A stretch of DNA of 64,000 nucleotides from Octopus sinensis. Lineage: Eukaryota. How positions within the stretch are numbered: position 1 is the stretch's first letter; every line of letters begins with the position of its first letter. The notes under the pieces were generated by a model. It had not been told where the DNA came from, did not search any database, and saw only the letters and a list, made by a program, of their open reading frames with translations. A program made the translations under genes and the position numbers. Positions 12,573-24,631 of this stretch are shown here, piece after piece. Where the stretch lies: positions 12,028,001 to 12,092,000 of the forward strand of contig NC_042999.1 of NCBI RefSeq assembly GCF_006345805.1. Direction: 5' to 3'.

Positions 12573-12633
<61 letters not shown>
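12573..12633. repeat. (GA)n microsatellite
   Basis: Direct. Confidence 0.95.
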
Positions 12634-12637
<4 letters not shown>

Positions 12638-12779
12638 TGTGTGTGAGATAATCCTATAAATTGTATTATTACAAATTGATCTGTTAGTAATCTTCTTGTC
12701 TCATTGAAACTCTTTATGATTCATTCCTTCTAAAATACACTGCAAAGTGATGAGAATCTCCAGTCTTGATTCTACGTCC

Positions 12780-13030
12780 ACTGTCCATGCTGGCATGGGT
12801 TGGATGGTTTGACCGAGCTGGCACACTGCATCACCAGACTTCAGTCTAATTTGACATGGTTTCCTACAGCTGGATGCCCCTCCTAACGTCAACTGCTCCA
12901 CGAGCATAATGGATGCTTTTACGCGTCACTAGCACAGGTGCCATTTGCATGGCACTGGGGTGCTTTTACATGCCACGACTGTGATTTTGCTTGGCTTGAT
13001 AGGTCTTCTTCTTGAGCATGGTGGGTCTTG
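12780..13030 (-). mobile_element. Old RTE 3' tail
   Basis: CCATGCTGGCATGGGTTGGATGGTTTG...CTGGATGCCC motifs. Confidence 0.7.
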
Positions 13031-13146
13031 AGTTCTGTTTACAACAAGACAGAAATGGTTCTGCCTTGGCTACTAACAGTGTACTGCTGGTAATGGGATA
13101 TGAACCCATGACTCTTTGGTTACTTGTTGGATACATTAACAACTCA

Positions 13147-13340
13147 TCTTTATATATAAAAGTGAGGTTGTGTGTCTGTCTCCTACAATTTAGATTCCTA
13201 ACTACTCCCACATTTTGCAGTGCAGTTTAACCAAAACCGGGTATCTTATAGTCATGATTCATATCGAGCCCTTCTGGGTATTAGCGTGTGTCTACGATTT
13301 TAAAAATAATTTACCATCCATTTTCCCCATTTTTAATGCA
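13147..13340 (+). mobile_element. Helitron 5' terminal fragment
   Basis: A|TCTTTATATATAAAAGTGAGGTTGTGTGTCTGTC: 5' TC preceded by A. Confidence 0.55.
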
Positions 13341-14345
13341 CTTTTGGCGGTGCTCCAGCATGGCCACAGTCAAATGACTGAAACAAGTAAAAAAAAGTAT
13401 TAACTGTTTTATTTACAAAAAAATTAAAATAACTGATGTCTTTCAGAGAAGAGAAAACATTTAGAGCTAAACTCCTCCACTCAACCAAAGGGTCATTTAT
13501 GGAAGTTAAAACATTCAGTAGTAATAATTTGTTCAAATTTTAGTACAAAACCCCAGCAATTTTAGGGAGTTGGGGTAAGTTGATTATATCAATCCCAAAA
13601 GGGCAAAGTCCAAGTCGACTTCAGTGACATTTGAACTCAGAACATAAGTCGTCGTGTCCAGTGCACCAACAATTCTGCCAGTTTGCTGCTTTGATAATAA
13701 CAACAACAACAATTATAATAGATTTAAAATTATTTTATTTTTACAATAGAAAAGAAAATATAGTTTTTGTAATTATTTCGTATTTGTTTTAACTTTCTAT
13801 TAATATCTTCTTAATTTGTTTTAAAGACAATAAGTTTACCTTCAGCAAGGGTGTGAAGTTCCTGGGTAACTATTTACATAGAACGGGTGTTTTGCACATG
13901 CAAGGGTGGCTGTGTTGATGCAGATTTAAGGCAGTGTTTATGCTGTGAAATCAAATGAAGGCCAAATAAAATTGTGTGTAGGAATTCTTCTACCAAAATA
14001 TCATGCAACATTGTAGATTAACTGAAGCTATTGTTTTCAGGAACATAAAATAGTGACTTAGACCGAAAAATATATTTGAATATTATTTGAAAGTGAAAGA
14101 AAACAGTATGAAATGGGGTGGCGTGTATGCTGCGTATATATATATTTTCCTTTTACAAGGCAAAACTTGACTACTTCAAAGTTTTGGTTTGCTCACCTTT
14201 GACAATGGTAAAGCATGCGGCAACTTTGAAGTCAGTGTCAAGCTTTTTGTTTCCTTGTAAAAGTTTAATAAACATGTTTTTTCCTAAAAAGTACTGAGTA
14301 GTCCTTCAGTTTAATAAATTGTTTTTATAACTTGACATAAAAACA

Positions 14346-14351
14346 TTTATT
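14346..14351 (-). terminator. Candidate parvin polyadenylation signal AATAAA (another at 13734-13739)
   Basis: AATAAA on the minus strand about 145 nt downstream of the parvin stop, in repeat-free AT-rich DNA. Confidence 0.4.
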
Positions 14352-14493
14352 TATACAAAATAAAATGTGTATGACTGTAATCGTCAGTTAAAAGATAAAG
14401 AGATGTTAAATAGGAAATAAATAGTAGAAGGCAACCGTTGGTAGAGAGACAGAGGTTCTGGTTTTAGGCTTCTGCTTCGGCAGGTTTGAATTT

Positions 14494-14582
14494 TCAAGAT
14501 GAAGTACTGGCTACGGACTTGTACTTGGTGAAGATGTCATATAAGACACGCAATGTTGCTATCAGGTCACAATTGACAATGT
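14494..14582 (-). CDS. PARV: Parvin, terminal coding exon (CH2 C-terminal helix)
   Basis: Acceptor tttcaaactttcag; encodes (D)IVNCDLIATLRVLYDIFTKYKSVASTSS*, matching human alpha-parvin DIVNCDLKSTLRVLYNLFTKY; phase 1 matches the upstream exon. Confidence 0.93.
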
Positions 14583-14859
14583 CTGAAAGTTTGAAAGAAA
14601 GAAAAGCATTTTAAAATAGGAATTACACACACAAAACAAAAGGTCAATAATAAAGAATATCTTAGGTGCAGGCATGGTTGTGGGGGTTAAGAAGCTTTCA
14701 GGCTCAGGCCAGTGCCATGGTCCCTTGGACAAGTGCCTTCTTCTGTAGAACCAGGTTGACCAATGTCTTGTGAGTAGATGGAAACAGAAAGAAGCCCCTT
14801 GTATATACATATATGTTTGTGTCTCTTAGCATTGCATAATTGTTGTAAATGATTATTAC

Positions 14860-15603
14860 TGTTATATATGTATATGTGTATATATATATGTATGTATATA
14901 TATATGTATGTATATATATATATGTAAGTGCGTGTGTGTATGTATGCGTGTATGTGCGTGTATGTATGTGTGTGTGTATGTGCATGTGTGTGTGTATGTA
15001 TGTGTGTGTGTATGTGTATGTTTGTGTGTGCATGTGTGTGTATGTGTATATGTATGTATGTGTGTTTGTGTGTGTATGTATGTGTGTGTTTGTGTGTATG
15101 TATGTGTGTGGATGTGGTGTGTGTGTGTGCATGTATTTGTGTGGTGTGTGTATGTATGTATGTGTGTGTATGTGTGCGGTGTGTTTGTGAGTGTGTGTAT
15201 GTGTATTTGTGTGGTGTGTGTATGTGTGAGTGTGTGTGGTGTGTGTGTATGTTTGTGTATGTGTGTGTATAATGTGTGTTTGTGTGTATAGTGTGTGTGT
15301 GTATAGTGTGTGTATGTATGTGTGTGTGTATGTATGTGTGTGTGTATGTATGTGTGTGTGTATGTGTATGTTTGTGTGTGCATGTGTGTGTGTATGTGTG
15401 TGTGTATGTATGTGTGTGTGTATGTATGTGTGTTGTGTGTGTATGTGTGTGTGTGTATGTGTGTGTGTATGTATGTGTGTGGATGTGGTGTGTGTGTGTG
15501 CATGTATTTGTGTGGTGTGTGTATGTATGTATGTGTGTTGTGTGTGTATGTGTGCGGTGTGTTTGTGAGTGTGTGTATGTGTGTGTATGTGTATTTGTGT
15601 GGT

Positions 15604-15645
<42 letters not shown>

Positions 15646-15885
15646 TTGTGTATGTGTGTGTATAATGTGTGTTTGTGTGTATAGTGTGTGTGTGTATAGT
15701 GTGTGTATGTATGTGTGTTTGTATGTATGTGTGTGTGTATGTATGTGTGTGTGTGTGTGTGTGTTTGTGTGTGTATGTGTGTTTGTGTGTGTGTGTTTGT
15801 GTGTGTGTATTTGTGTGGTGTGTATGTGTGTGTGTATGTGTGAGTGTATGTGTGTGGTGTGTATTTGTGTGTGTGTGTATGTATA
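14860..15885. repeat. Compound GT/GTAT satellite, about 1 kb, with higher-order duplication
   Basis: Direct; landmark motifs recur at 350-393 bp spacing. Confidence 0.95.
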
Positions 15886-16152
15886 GCGAAACAATTGTCC
15901 TGAACTAATCTGCATTTTTGTTATTTTTATTTGCCCTGTTCGTTTGCGCTGGTAGTCGTGCTAACTTTCATCGGAAATAATTCTTTGTGGCTGAAACCTA
16001 GTGGATCTATTTTTAGTGCTAGAGTCGACCACATAGTGGTTACTCTCTTATATTTATGTATAAAATTTATCGAAATCCGGGTTTTTTATGCACTAAGCCA
16101 CTTGGTGTTAAATGGATGTACTATTAAATTAGTATCCAATTTTCTCACCCTT

Positions 16153-16296
<144 letters not shown>

Positions 16297-16313
16297 TGTA
16301 TATATATGTCATT

Positions 16314-16596
16314 CAACCCTATTATCTCCCCTAATTTCGCTCTCGCGTCTCATGTTTGATCTTTGACTTCTGGCCGAAATCAGATCGCCATGTTGATTCG
16401 TTAGTTACTGCACGCATTTTTTTTCTCTCCTTCTTTCTGTGTTTTTCTCTCTCTGTGTATCTTTCTGTTGAAGAGCGTAGGCTCGAAACGTAAAAGACTT
16501 GTTTTATTTATATTTCCTGAGCGCCATACTAATACAATTGTTTGTTTGTTTTCCACCTGCCTTCGTCTTTTGTCTATTTTCATAAAGCTTCCCGTT
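16314..16596 (+). mobile_element. Dispersed repeat, probable Penelope-like pLTR fragment (copy 1)
   Basis: Near-identical to 54171-54451; carries a minimal hammerhead-like fold; ends at (TA)n. Confidence 0.6.
16460..16497 (+). ncRNA. Variant minimal type I hammerhead-like motif
   Basis: TCTTT-CTGTTGAA-GAGC-GTAG-GCTC-GAAAC-GTA-AAAGA. Confidence 0.45.
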
Positions 16597-16708
16597 ATAT
16601 ATATATATATATAAAATAACAAAGGGTAACATTAATTAAGAAGTAATCAGTAATTTCACCAAGTAGAATTCGGCATGAAAAAGACCATTTCATGGTAAGC
16701 TTAAGTAA

Positions 16709-17285
16709 TACTTTATAATTAGGGTTCAGCAAAGATTTGCTTCACCACATACCGAAGTTTAGAAATAGCAATCAAAAAACCTTAGCTATTTCTTCTACTT
16801 TAAAAGGGACTCCCAGAAAAACCAAAGTACTTGAAAACAATCTATGTAGGCAAAGAGGAAAAAATAACGAAAATCAATCCATATCTGGTCACCCACATGA
16901 TGAACTCTCATTCGTATTTTGAATTTGGCGGCACTAGCACTGAATATAGTCTGTCTGACACCGTTAGGTGGAGGAGAGATATATTCCAGTGCCTTCGAAT
17001 TTAATATTGTTGGAGTCCCATGCTGATGAATGAAAATGGTTGGGTAAAATATAATTCTATATTCTTTATACCAATCTAATTCCGAAACGCGTGTACATGG
17101 GTAACCAAATATAGATTGATTTTCATTATTTTTTCCTTTTTGCCTACATAGATTGTTTTCAAGTACTTTGGTTTTTCTGGGAGTCCCTTTTAAAGTGGAA
17201 GAAATAGCTAAGGTTTTTTTGACTGCTATTTCTAAACTTCGGTATGTAGTGAAGCAAATCTTTGCTGAACCCTAATTATAAAGTA
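16709..17285. repeat. About 190-bp inverted repeat (16709-16895 / 17098-17285) with 200-bp spacer
   Basis: Arms are reverse complements with about 10 differences. Confidence 0.95.
17017..17101 (+). ncRNA. Type I hammerhead ribozyme fold
   Basis: Stem I CCCATG/CATGGG, core CTGATGA, long imperfect stem II, GAAAC-GCGT-GTA. Confidence 0.65.
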
Positions 17286-18130
17286 CATATATATATATAC
17301 AAGCTATGTCACTCATTTCCAATCCTCTGTGAAAACATGTCTGGCCATGGGCGGTGGGGGGGAGGGATATTACTTTGCTTGAGAACAGGTGACTGTTGGT
17401 TCCGGGAAGGGCATCAGATCATAGAGAATCTGCTTCAATAAGTTTCATGCAAGTATGGAAAAGTGGACATTAAATTAATGGGTAACGAATCAAGAACAAC
17501 TGATGGAATCGGTTCAGTTCCAATGAAAGGAGGGATTGACTGAAACCTGTTGTTATTGAACTTTCTTTGACTAAGTAGAAAACCAGTTTCTTTAGAAAAG
17601 TACAGATTTAAAATACTAACCCCAGTGTATTACTGATATCCAGCTGATTGACCCAATAGGACAACCAATGCAGTAGTGAGCCTAGTTCAGTTTACAGAGG
17701 TACCAAATTACAGGGAAGTATTTTATGTGGTATTCTAAGTGTTTTGGCTGTTTCCCCAGACTTAATGGTTATTACTATTCTATGTTATCTGGAAAACAAA
17801 GCTCTTGCACAAACACTTGGCTGTGGAGTGCACTGCTTCTTAACAACAGAAACAACTGTAAGACAATGATAATATGTCATTCCTGATGCTTTGCCATCCA
17901 ATTATCAATATTACGTTCTGTACTCACTGCTTTATTCCGAAGCGTATGGGATCTTAGTACTGATATAATGTTAACTGCTGTCAGTGCTGGTGCCATGTAG
18001 CTGATGTTAGGAAGGGCATCCAACCACAGAAACCATGCTGAAGCCGCAGTGTTGCCTGGCATTGGCCCCCCCCAGACTTGCCAGTTCCTATCCAACCCAC
18101 ACCAGTGTAGAAAACATGCCAAATGATGAT

Positions 18131-19595
18131 CGGCCACGATCGGATGGTGTGTGTTGTGCCCACAGCACGGAGGCCAGTCGATGCGGTACTGGTTACGGCC
18201 ACGTTTGGGTGGTTTTCTTGTGTGCCACCGGCACTGGTACCACAAAGAATACAATTCCACTGATGTTCATCTATTTTGTTTGTTTTGATTTGATTTGATT
18301 TTTCACTTGCCTCAACAGGTCTTCATAAGTGTCACAAGAAGGAAGGTATGCACAGGACTGACTACGTCCCCGGTCGGGGCCACGGGTTATGGCCTGACTA
18401 GTCTTGCCGGGTCTTCTCATGCACAGCATACTCCATAGGTCTCGGTCTCTAGACATTTCCTTAGTGAGACCTAAAGTTCGAAGGTCGTGCTTCACCACCT
18501 CGTCCCAGGTTTTCCTGGGTCTACCTCTTCCACAGGTTCCCTCCACTGCTAGGGTGTAGCACTTTTGCACACAACTATCTTCAGCCTTTCTTGTCACATG
18601 ACCATACCAGCGCAGCCGTCTCTCTTGCACGCCACAGCCTCATCTGGCACCTGTGCCGGTGGCACATAAAGACACCATCCGAAGACCCGGCGACGTAGTC
18701 AGTCCACCTGTGCATACCTTCCCTCTTATGACACTTGTGAAGACCTGTTGAGGCAAGTGTGTGACACTTGTGAAGACCTGTTGAGGCAGAGGCAAGTGTG
18801 TGACACTTGTGGAGACCTGTTGAGGCAAGTGTGTGACCCTTGTGAAGACCTGTTGAGGCAAGTGAAAATCAAACCAAATCAAAATAGATGAATATCAATG
18901 GAATTTGTATCTTTGTGGTTCCAGTACCGGTGGCACACAAGAAAACCATCCGAACGTGGCCGTCGACTGGCCTCCATGCTGTGGGCAAACATCCGAAGAC
19001 CCGGCGACGTAGACAGTCCACCTATGCATACCTTCCTTCTTGTGACACTTGTGAAGACCTGTTGAGGCAAGTGAAAGTGAAAATCAATCAAATCAAATCA
19101 AATCAAAACAATCAAAATAGATGAACATAAATGGAATTTGTATCTTTGTGGTACCAGTGCCGGTGGCACACAAGAAAATCATCCGAACGTGGCCGTAGCC
19201 AGTACCGCATAGACTGGCTCCGTGTTTGGGGACGTAACAAACACCATCCGATCGTGGCCGTCCGCCAGCCTCATCTGGCACCTGTGTCGGTGGCACATAA
19301 AAACACCATCCGAGCGTGGCCGTCTGCCAGCCTCGTCTGGCACCTGTGTCGGTGGCACATAAAAACACCATCCGAGCGTGGCCGTTCGCCAGCCTCGTCT
19401 GGCACCTGTGTCGGTGGCACATAAAATCACCCACTACACCTCGGAGTGGTTGGCGTTAGGAGGGCATCCAGCTGTAGAAAACACTGCCAGATCTGACTGG
19501 CCTGGTGCAGCCTTCGGCTCCCCAGACCCCAGTTGAACCGTCCCACCCCATGCTAGCATGGAAAAGACGCTAAATGATGATGATGATGATGATGA
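18131..19595. mobile_element. Young RTE insertion with 5' inversion (18131-18636 minus, 18637-19595 plus)
   Basis: ORF end and first UTR module on the minus strand, joined to the rest of the UTR and a (GAT)n tail on the plus strand. Confidence 0.9.
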
Positions 19596-22500
19596 ATACA
19601 CAAATTTAACCCCCAATGCCGTGTTGAGCACTTGTTCTCATTCTTCAACATATATATTGTAGGTACAATCTTTAATTTTGTAGCAATAAACAAAATAGGC
19701 TTAGAATTGTATTGTCTGTTGAAAGGAACTGAAGAAATGCAGTTCTAAATTTATTTTAACGACCCATTTTCTATGTTTAAAGGGTCAAAGAAAATTCACT
19801 GAGGCAGATTTTCTACAACCACATTCCCCTTCCTGTTACCAATCCTCACCTGCTTCCTTCATGGTTGAACAGATTTTCATGGGAGATGGGAAATAAATGA
19901 TAGCATTTTTACAACAGTCATGCTTTTCTGAGCTTCCTAGTTTGGTGGTCCCTTCTTGCCCTAACACTTAATTCCTAGGCCCTTAACTAAATACACTGTT
20001 GTAATTTTTCTCTCAGAAATTGATATTTCTCTATCATTAAAGTATGTGAGGGCATAGGGTTGTGCATATGCATGCAAAAAAACCATGTCTCATTTGCTGT
20101 TGTGTTAATGTGTCTTTCGCTCATCTATAGATAGGAGTTTGTGTTGGTGAAAGACAAAGAGATGAGGAGAGCGAGTCCCAGTGCACTTAGGTATGTGGTC
20201 GTACTTCTTACAAACTGATGAAAAAAGCTACAATTGAGATTGTTTTTGAAAATATTAAAAGCTTCTGACAGATGTTAATAATCAATTATTTGCACAATAT
20301 CGTCTGCAGGTTAAGCAAATCATGCAGATACTTCGATGGATGAAATTATGAGCCATGCAGAACAATACAACTGACAGCGACTACAACAGCAACAACAACT
20401 AGTTGCTACTTAGTTCTACTAATTAAGAAAACTACTTCTAAATGATTATTACAAATAACTTAAGAATAGTAACAATTTATTAAGTATAGAAATCTCACAA
20501 TATAAAATGTCCTTAACATAAGCAAGTAACAGCGAGCAAGCAACAAAGAATCTCTAATAAGATGACATGGAGGTCACAAACGAAGGAGATAATTATTTAT
20601 AGTAGATTTCTTTTTTTATTCTGATGCAGGAACGGATATGAAAATGTCAGCAGAAAGAATAAATGACACATTGTCTTGTATTCTTTTCTAGAACTCCTAC
20701 CATCAAGAAGATAACAAAGAACTGAGGTAGAAATGCAAGTATTTTCCAAACAGGTTTTTTCCCCCTATTTTCTGCAGTTTATTACTTTACTTTGGTTTAT
20801 TTATTTATTTTGCTTTTAACAATTCTGGCTTTGGTGGTTAAATAAGATGAAATTTCAGATGCTGCAGACAGACAGGTTTGAACATGAATGATCAGTTTTT
20901 GAGGGATGGAGGGGAAAAAAAAGAGAGAAAAGAGGTCAATTAGTAACTAACAGTAATAAACAGGGTAAAAGATAATGGTTCTTTTTTAGCAGAGACTGAG
21001 GTGGGTGGGTGGGTGGGTGACGGTGAAATAAACCAAAGACTAGATGTGACGGCAATAGAAGAAGACAACTATGTGAAGAAGCTGCAGGTCAATGAGGGGT
21101 TGTTCGGTTTGTTAGAAATAGCAGCCAATTCTCATGGAAGGACATAATGATAATAAAAGACTGACTGGCTGGCCATGGTAGGAAATTAATAAATAGCTCT
21201 ACTGCTTGGTCACTCCTCAGTTGCACTTTAATGGGTGGCCACAAGCTTTTGCATTTACAGTTGCATTAATTGTCAGAAACTTTGGTGGTGGCCACTCATG
21301 CAGCTTGCAAGACCTTTTTAACAGGTCGGATTCAGATTAAGCTGCAATCAAAAGTGTCCCCTCTGGGATAACGTGTGTGTGTGTGTGCGTGAGATGATCG
21401 TTTAATGTCCGTTTTTCCATGCTGGTATGGGTTGGATGGTTTGACAGGAGGGGAGGGGGGCAAGCCAGAAAGTGTATGCTATGGATGGGAGGCCCCCTTC
21501 CTAATGCCAACCATGGTTGCACTGGGTGCTTGTTTCAGTTAATGGACTGCAGCCATGCTGGAGCATCACCTTGAAGGCTTTAGTCAAACAAACAGGGGAT
21601 CGAAGGACTTAGATTTTTTTAAAGTCTGGTACTTATTCTATAACAGAGCTACAGGGACATACACAAACCAACACCAAGTGTCAAGTAGTGGAGGAAAGAC
21701 AAAAACATACATTGCCCATACGATAGGCTTCCACACAGTTTCCATCAACCAGATTTACTCAAGGCATTGGTGGGCCTAGCGGGTACACAATATACTTAAG
21801 GTGCCACACACTGGGACTGAAACCAAAACCCTGTGGTTACAAAGGAAACTTCTTGACCACAGACTCATACCTGCACCTCTGTGTATGTATCAGTCAGTCT
21901 TGGTGCCTCTGGTAACATGGTCAGGTTGGCGGTGGCTAAAACTAGCAACCCTACCCAATCTACTTGGTGAGGGGGTTGGGTTTTGTTGGACACCCTGCAG
22001 GATGGAAATGAAAACCTGTCAAAGGGCAGGTGAACACAGGTGAGTAAATGGCAACTCATAGAAAGAAAACTGATGTAACAGCTGCAATTTTGATTGTACC
22101 CAATGATGAAGGAGGCACAGGCACCACTCTATTGTGTGTTGCATACTACAGCTAGCTGTAGGTGAGAAAGACAAAACACTTAATGAAAGCATGTGTCAGC
22201 TCTCTGAACATCTACTGCAAGAGGTGCCCATCATTGCCACATCAATGCAAAAGTGTGTAAAGCCTCTAGCAAGACTGAAAGTTCACATCTGTGCAGCTTG
22301 TGTTTAACAGAACAATCGACTGATAGCAGAGTTTGTAATCAAGTTGAAATAAATCATGTATGCATGTTTTTTTTTTACTAGTTTCAGTTACTGGTCTATG
22401 GCCATGCTAGAGCACATCCATCAAAGGTTCCCAGCAATTATACTGCTCTACAACTTAGTTTATCAAAAGACAATGTTTGAATTGTTTTCCTTGCAACTCA

Positions 22501-22987
22501 CTGCACCAAATAATGCTAATCGACCCACATGTATATGAGATAGTTTTGTTTAGCTTCTATTTGCCAAATCCCCCTCGGAAGGCTTTGGTTGGCTGGGGGG
22601 AGACTTGCCCAAGGTGCCATACTGTGGGAGTGAACTCCAAACCACTTAGTTGGGAAGTGAACTTCTTAACCACACAACCATGCCTATTATATATATATGT
22701 ATTGATAAAAGGAATGGAAGATGGATTTAGCAGGAATCTGTATTCCTCACAATGGTTGTTTCGAGCCATCCTGCATCTGTCTCATGAAATGATTGTCTTC
22801 TGTTTCCTTTATCAATTACAGACTCAACAAACACTGCAGATTTCCTGACATATAGGATCCAAATGGAAATCCTATCGTAATGGTGGATGACATCAGGGAG
22901 CTCAAACGGGGAACGTGCTGCTGCTTTGATTGACACCCAAAGTCCAAGTAGAGATAGAGATATACATGGTGTGTGTGTGTGTGTGTG

Positions 22988-23040
<53 letters not shown>

Positions 23041-24558
23041 TGTTTAAATTAACAACAGAATAGAACAGAGGAAAATAGTTTCATTTTTCACATAATTTGT
23101 GTTTGTATTTTTGTTAATATCTATTAATAAAAGAAATTGCTGCAATTGTGCATTAGAAATAACTTGAGGGACGGGTATCAACAAAAATCTAGAGAGTAAG
23201 AGGGGTGGGGCAAGGGAGTATGTGTGTGTGCGTGCATATAGAAATGGTGCATCTGAAAGTAACTGGAGAATCTAACCAACTGAAGTAGAAACGAAAGAAT
23301 TAGCAAAGATGAAGTTTGTTTCAAAGTCAAAAACCAAAATGTCTCTTGGAATGTTGTTGTTTCAGAATTCAAGACAAAAACAGAGCAGCATGAAGTAAAG
23401 AAGACATCTGTAAAGTGAATTAAGTGCAGGATATCTAAATGAATTAATGAATAGATTCTGAGTTATGGAGTCACAATGGGACACCAAAGGGAGAAAAGCA
23501 TCCAAGAAAGATTTCGATTGGATTAAACCAGCAGAATGTCCTAATAAGAATCAGGAAACACCGTAGAGATATCTAATCTGTTCATAGGGAGTAATTATGT
23601 CTTAACGAAGAGATTTTCTCTCACACAGCATCAGTGTATTCTTCATACAACTCACCTGGCACTGAGGAATTATGTCACTGCTGCTGCCACCTAGAATTAA
23701 TATGCCTATATAGGTTGTTGTTTAATTTGCTAGAAATAGTAGCCAAATCATATATCCTAACCCCATCAAGTTCTTTTTTTGTTTTCTTTTTAATTACTAA
23801 GTCTAGGGAAGGGACAGAGCCCATGAACTTTACAAGTCTATTGTAGTGTTTTGTTTAAACTGTTATGGTCAACACCTTTAAGAAGAATGTTCTGGGGATG
23901 AAGGATTGGGTACAGGGGGTGGGGAGGGGGGGGGAATAGCCAACTTTGAGAAACAGATATCAATATTAGTGAAAGAGAGAAAGGAAAGATGAGAGTAGTG
24001 GAGAAGAAGCTGGGGGTAAAGACAGAATGGCTGGAATGAAAAGATGGTCATAACTGAAACTCTATGGCTGCCAGAGAAACATTGCCGACAACAGGGTTAT
24101 ATGACTAGCTAGAAATAGCAACCAAATCTCTTTCAAATTAAATCTTACAAAAGGATACATCAGGTAATGTTGTGTCCCCTTTTTTAAAGAGAGAACAGAT
24201 GGGATGGTTACAGTCAGAATTATTCTTTTACAGTGATTGTGAAGAAGGGAAAGGAAGGATTATGTACAGCCTTCACCATATTAAGAATCCGAGGACATAG
24301 TTTTCAGCTGTCTAGAATACAACCTGTTTTGGGGTTTTTGAAGTTTAATGAGATTTAAAAAAAAAAAAAATTCCTCACTTGACAAATAGGGATGGAGACA
24401 GGAAGGGCATCTAGTTATAAATAAAATTAATATCTCAAATATTCATCTAACCCATACAGGCATGGAAAAACTGACACATGATGAATATATACATGCACAC
24501 ATTTATACACAGATACACGTGCATATATAATGCCAAGACACTTAAACCTTGCTCTCAC

Positions 24559-24631
24559 CTTCAACTCTTGCTGATGGCTTCTGTAGACCGGCATCTTGCA
24601 TTAATTCAAAGGCAAATTGCACATTGTGCAC
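24559..24631 (-). CDS. PARV: Parvin, penultimate coding exon (73 nt)
   Basis: attctccttatttcag|...|gtgaga; encodes VHNVQFAFELMQDAGLQKPSARVE, matching human VLNVSFAFELMQDGGLEKPKPRPE. Confidence 0.95.

Noticed and set aside
14704-15915. 403-aa His/Thr-rich ORF and overlapping Cys/Val ORFs
   Set aside because: Translation of a CA/GT satellite that lacks stop codons.
17928-17977. Exon-like segment with GTGAGT donor (AVNIISVLRSHTLRNKA)
   Set aside because: Acceptor lacks a pyrimidine tract and borders an old RTE tail; resemblance to parvin is marginal.
18720-18865. CRISPR-like short direct repeats (also 51480-51630 and the 61-bp units)
   Set aside because: No unique spacers, no cas genes, eukaryotic context; they are tandem modules of an RTE 3' UTR.
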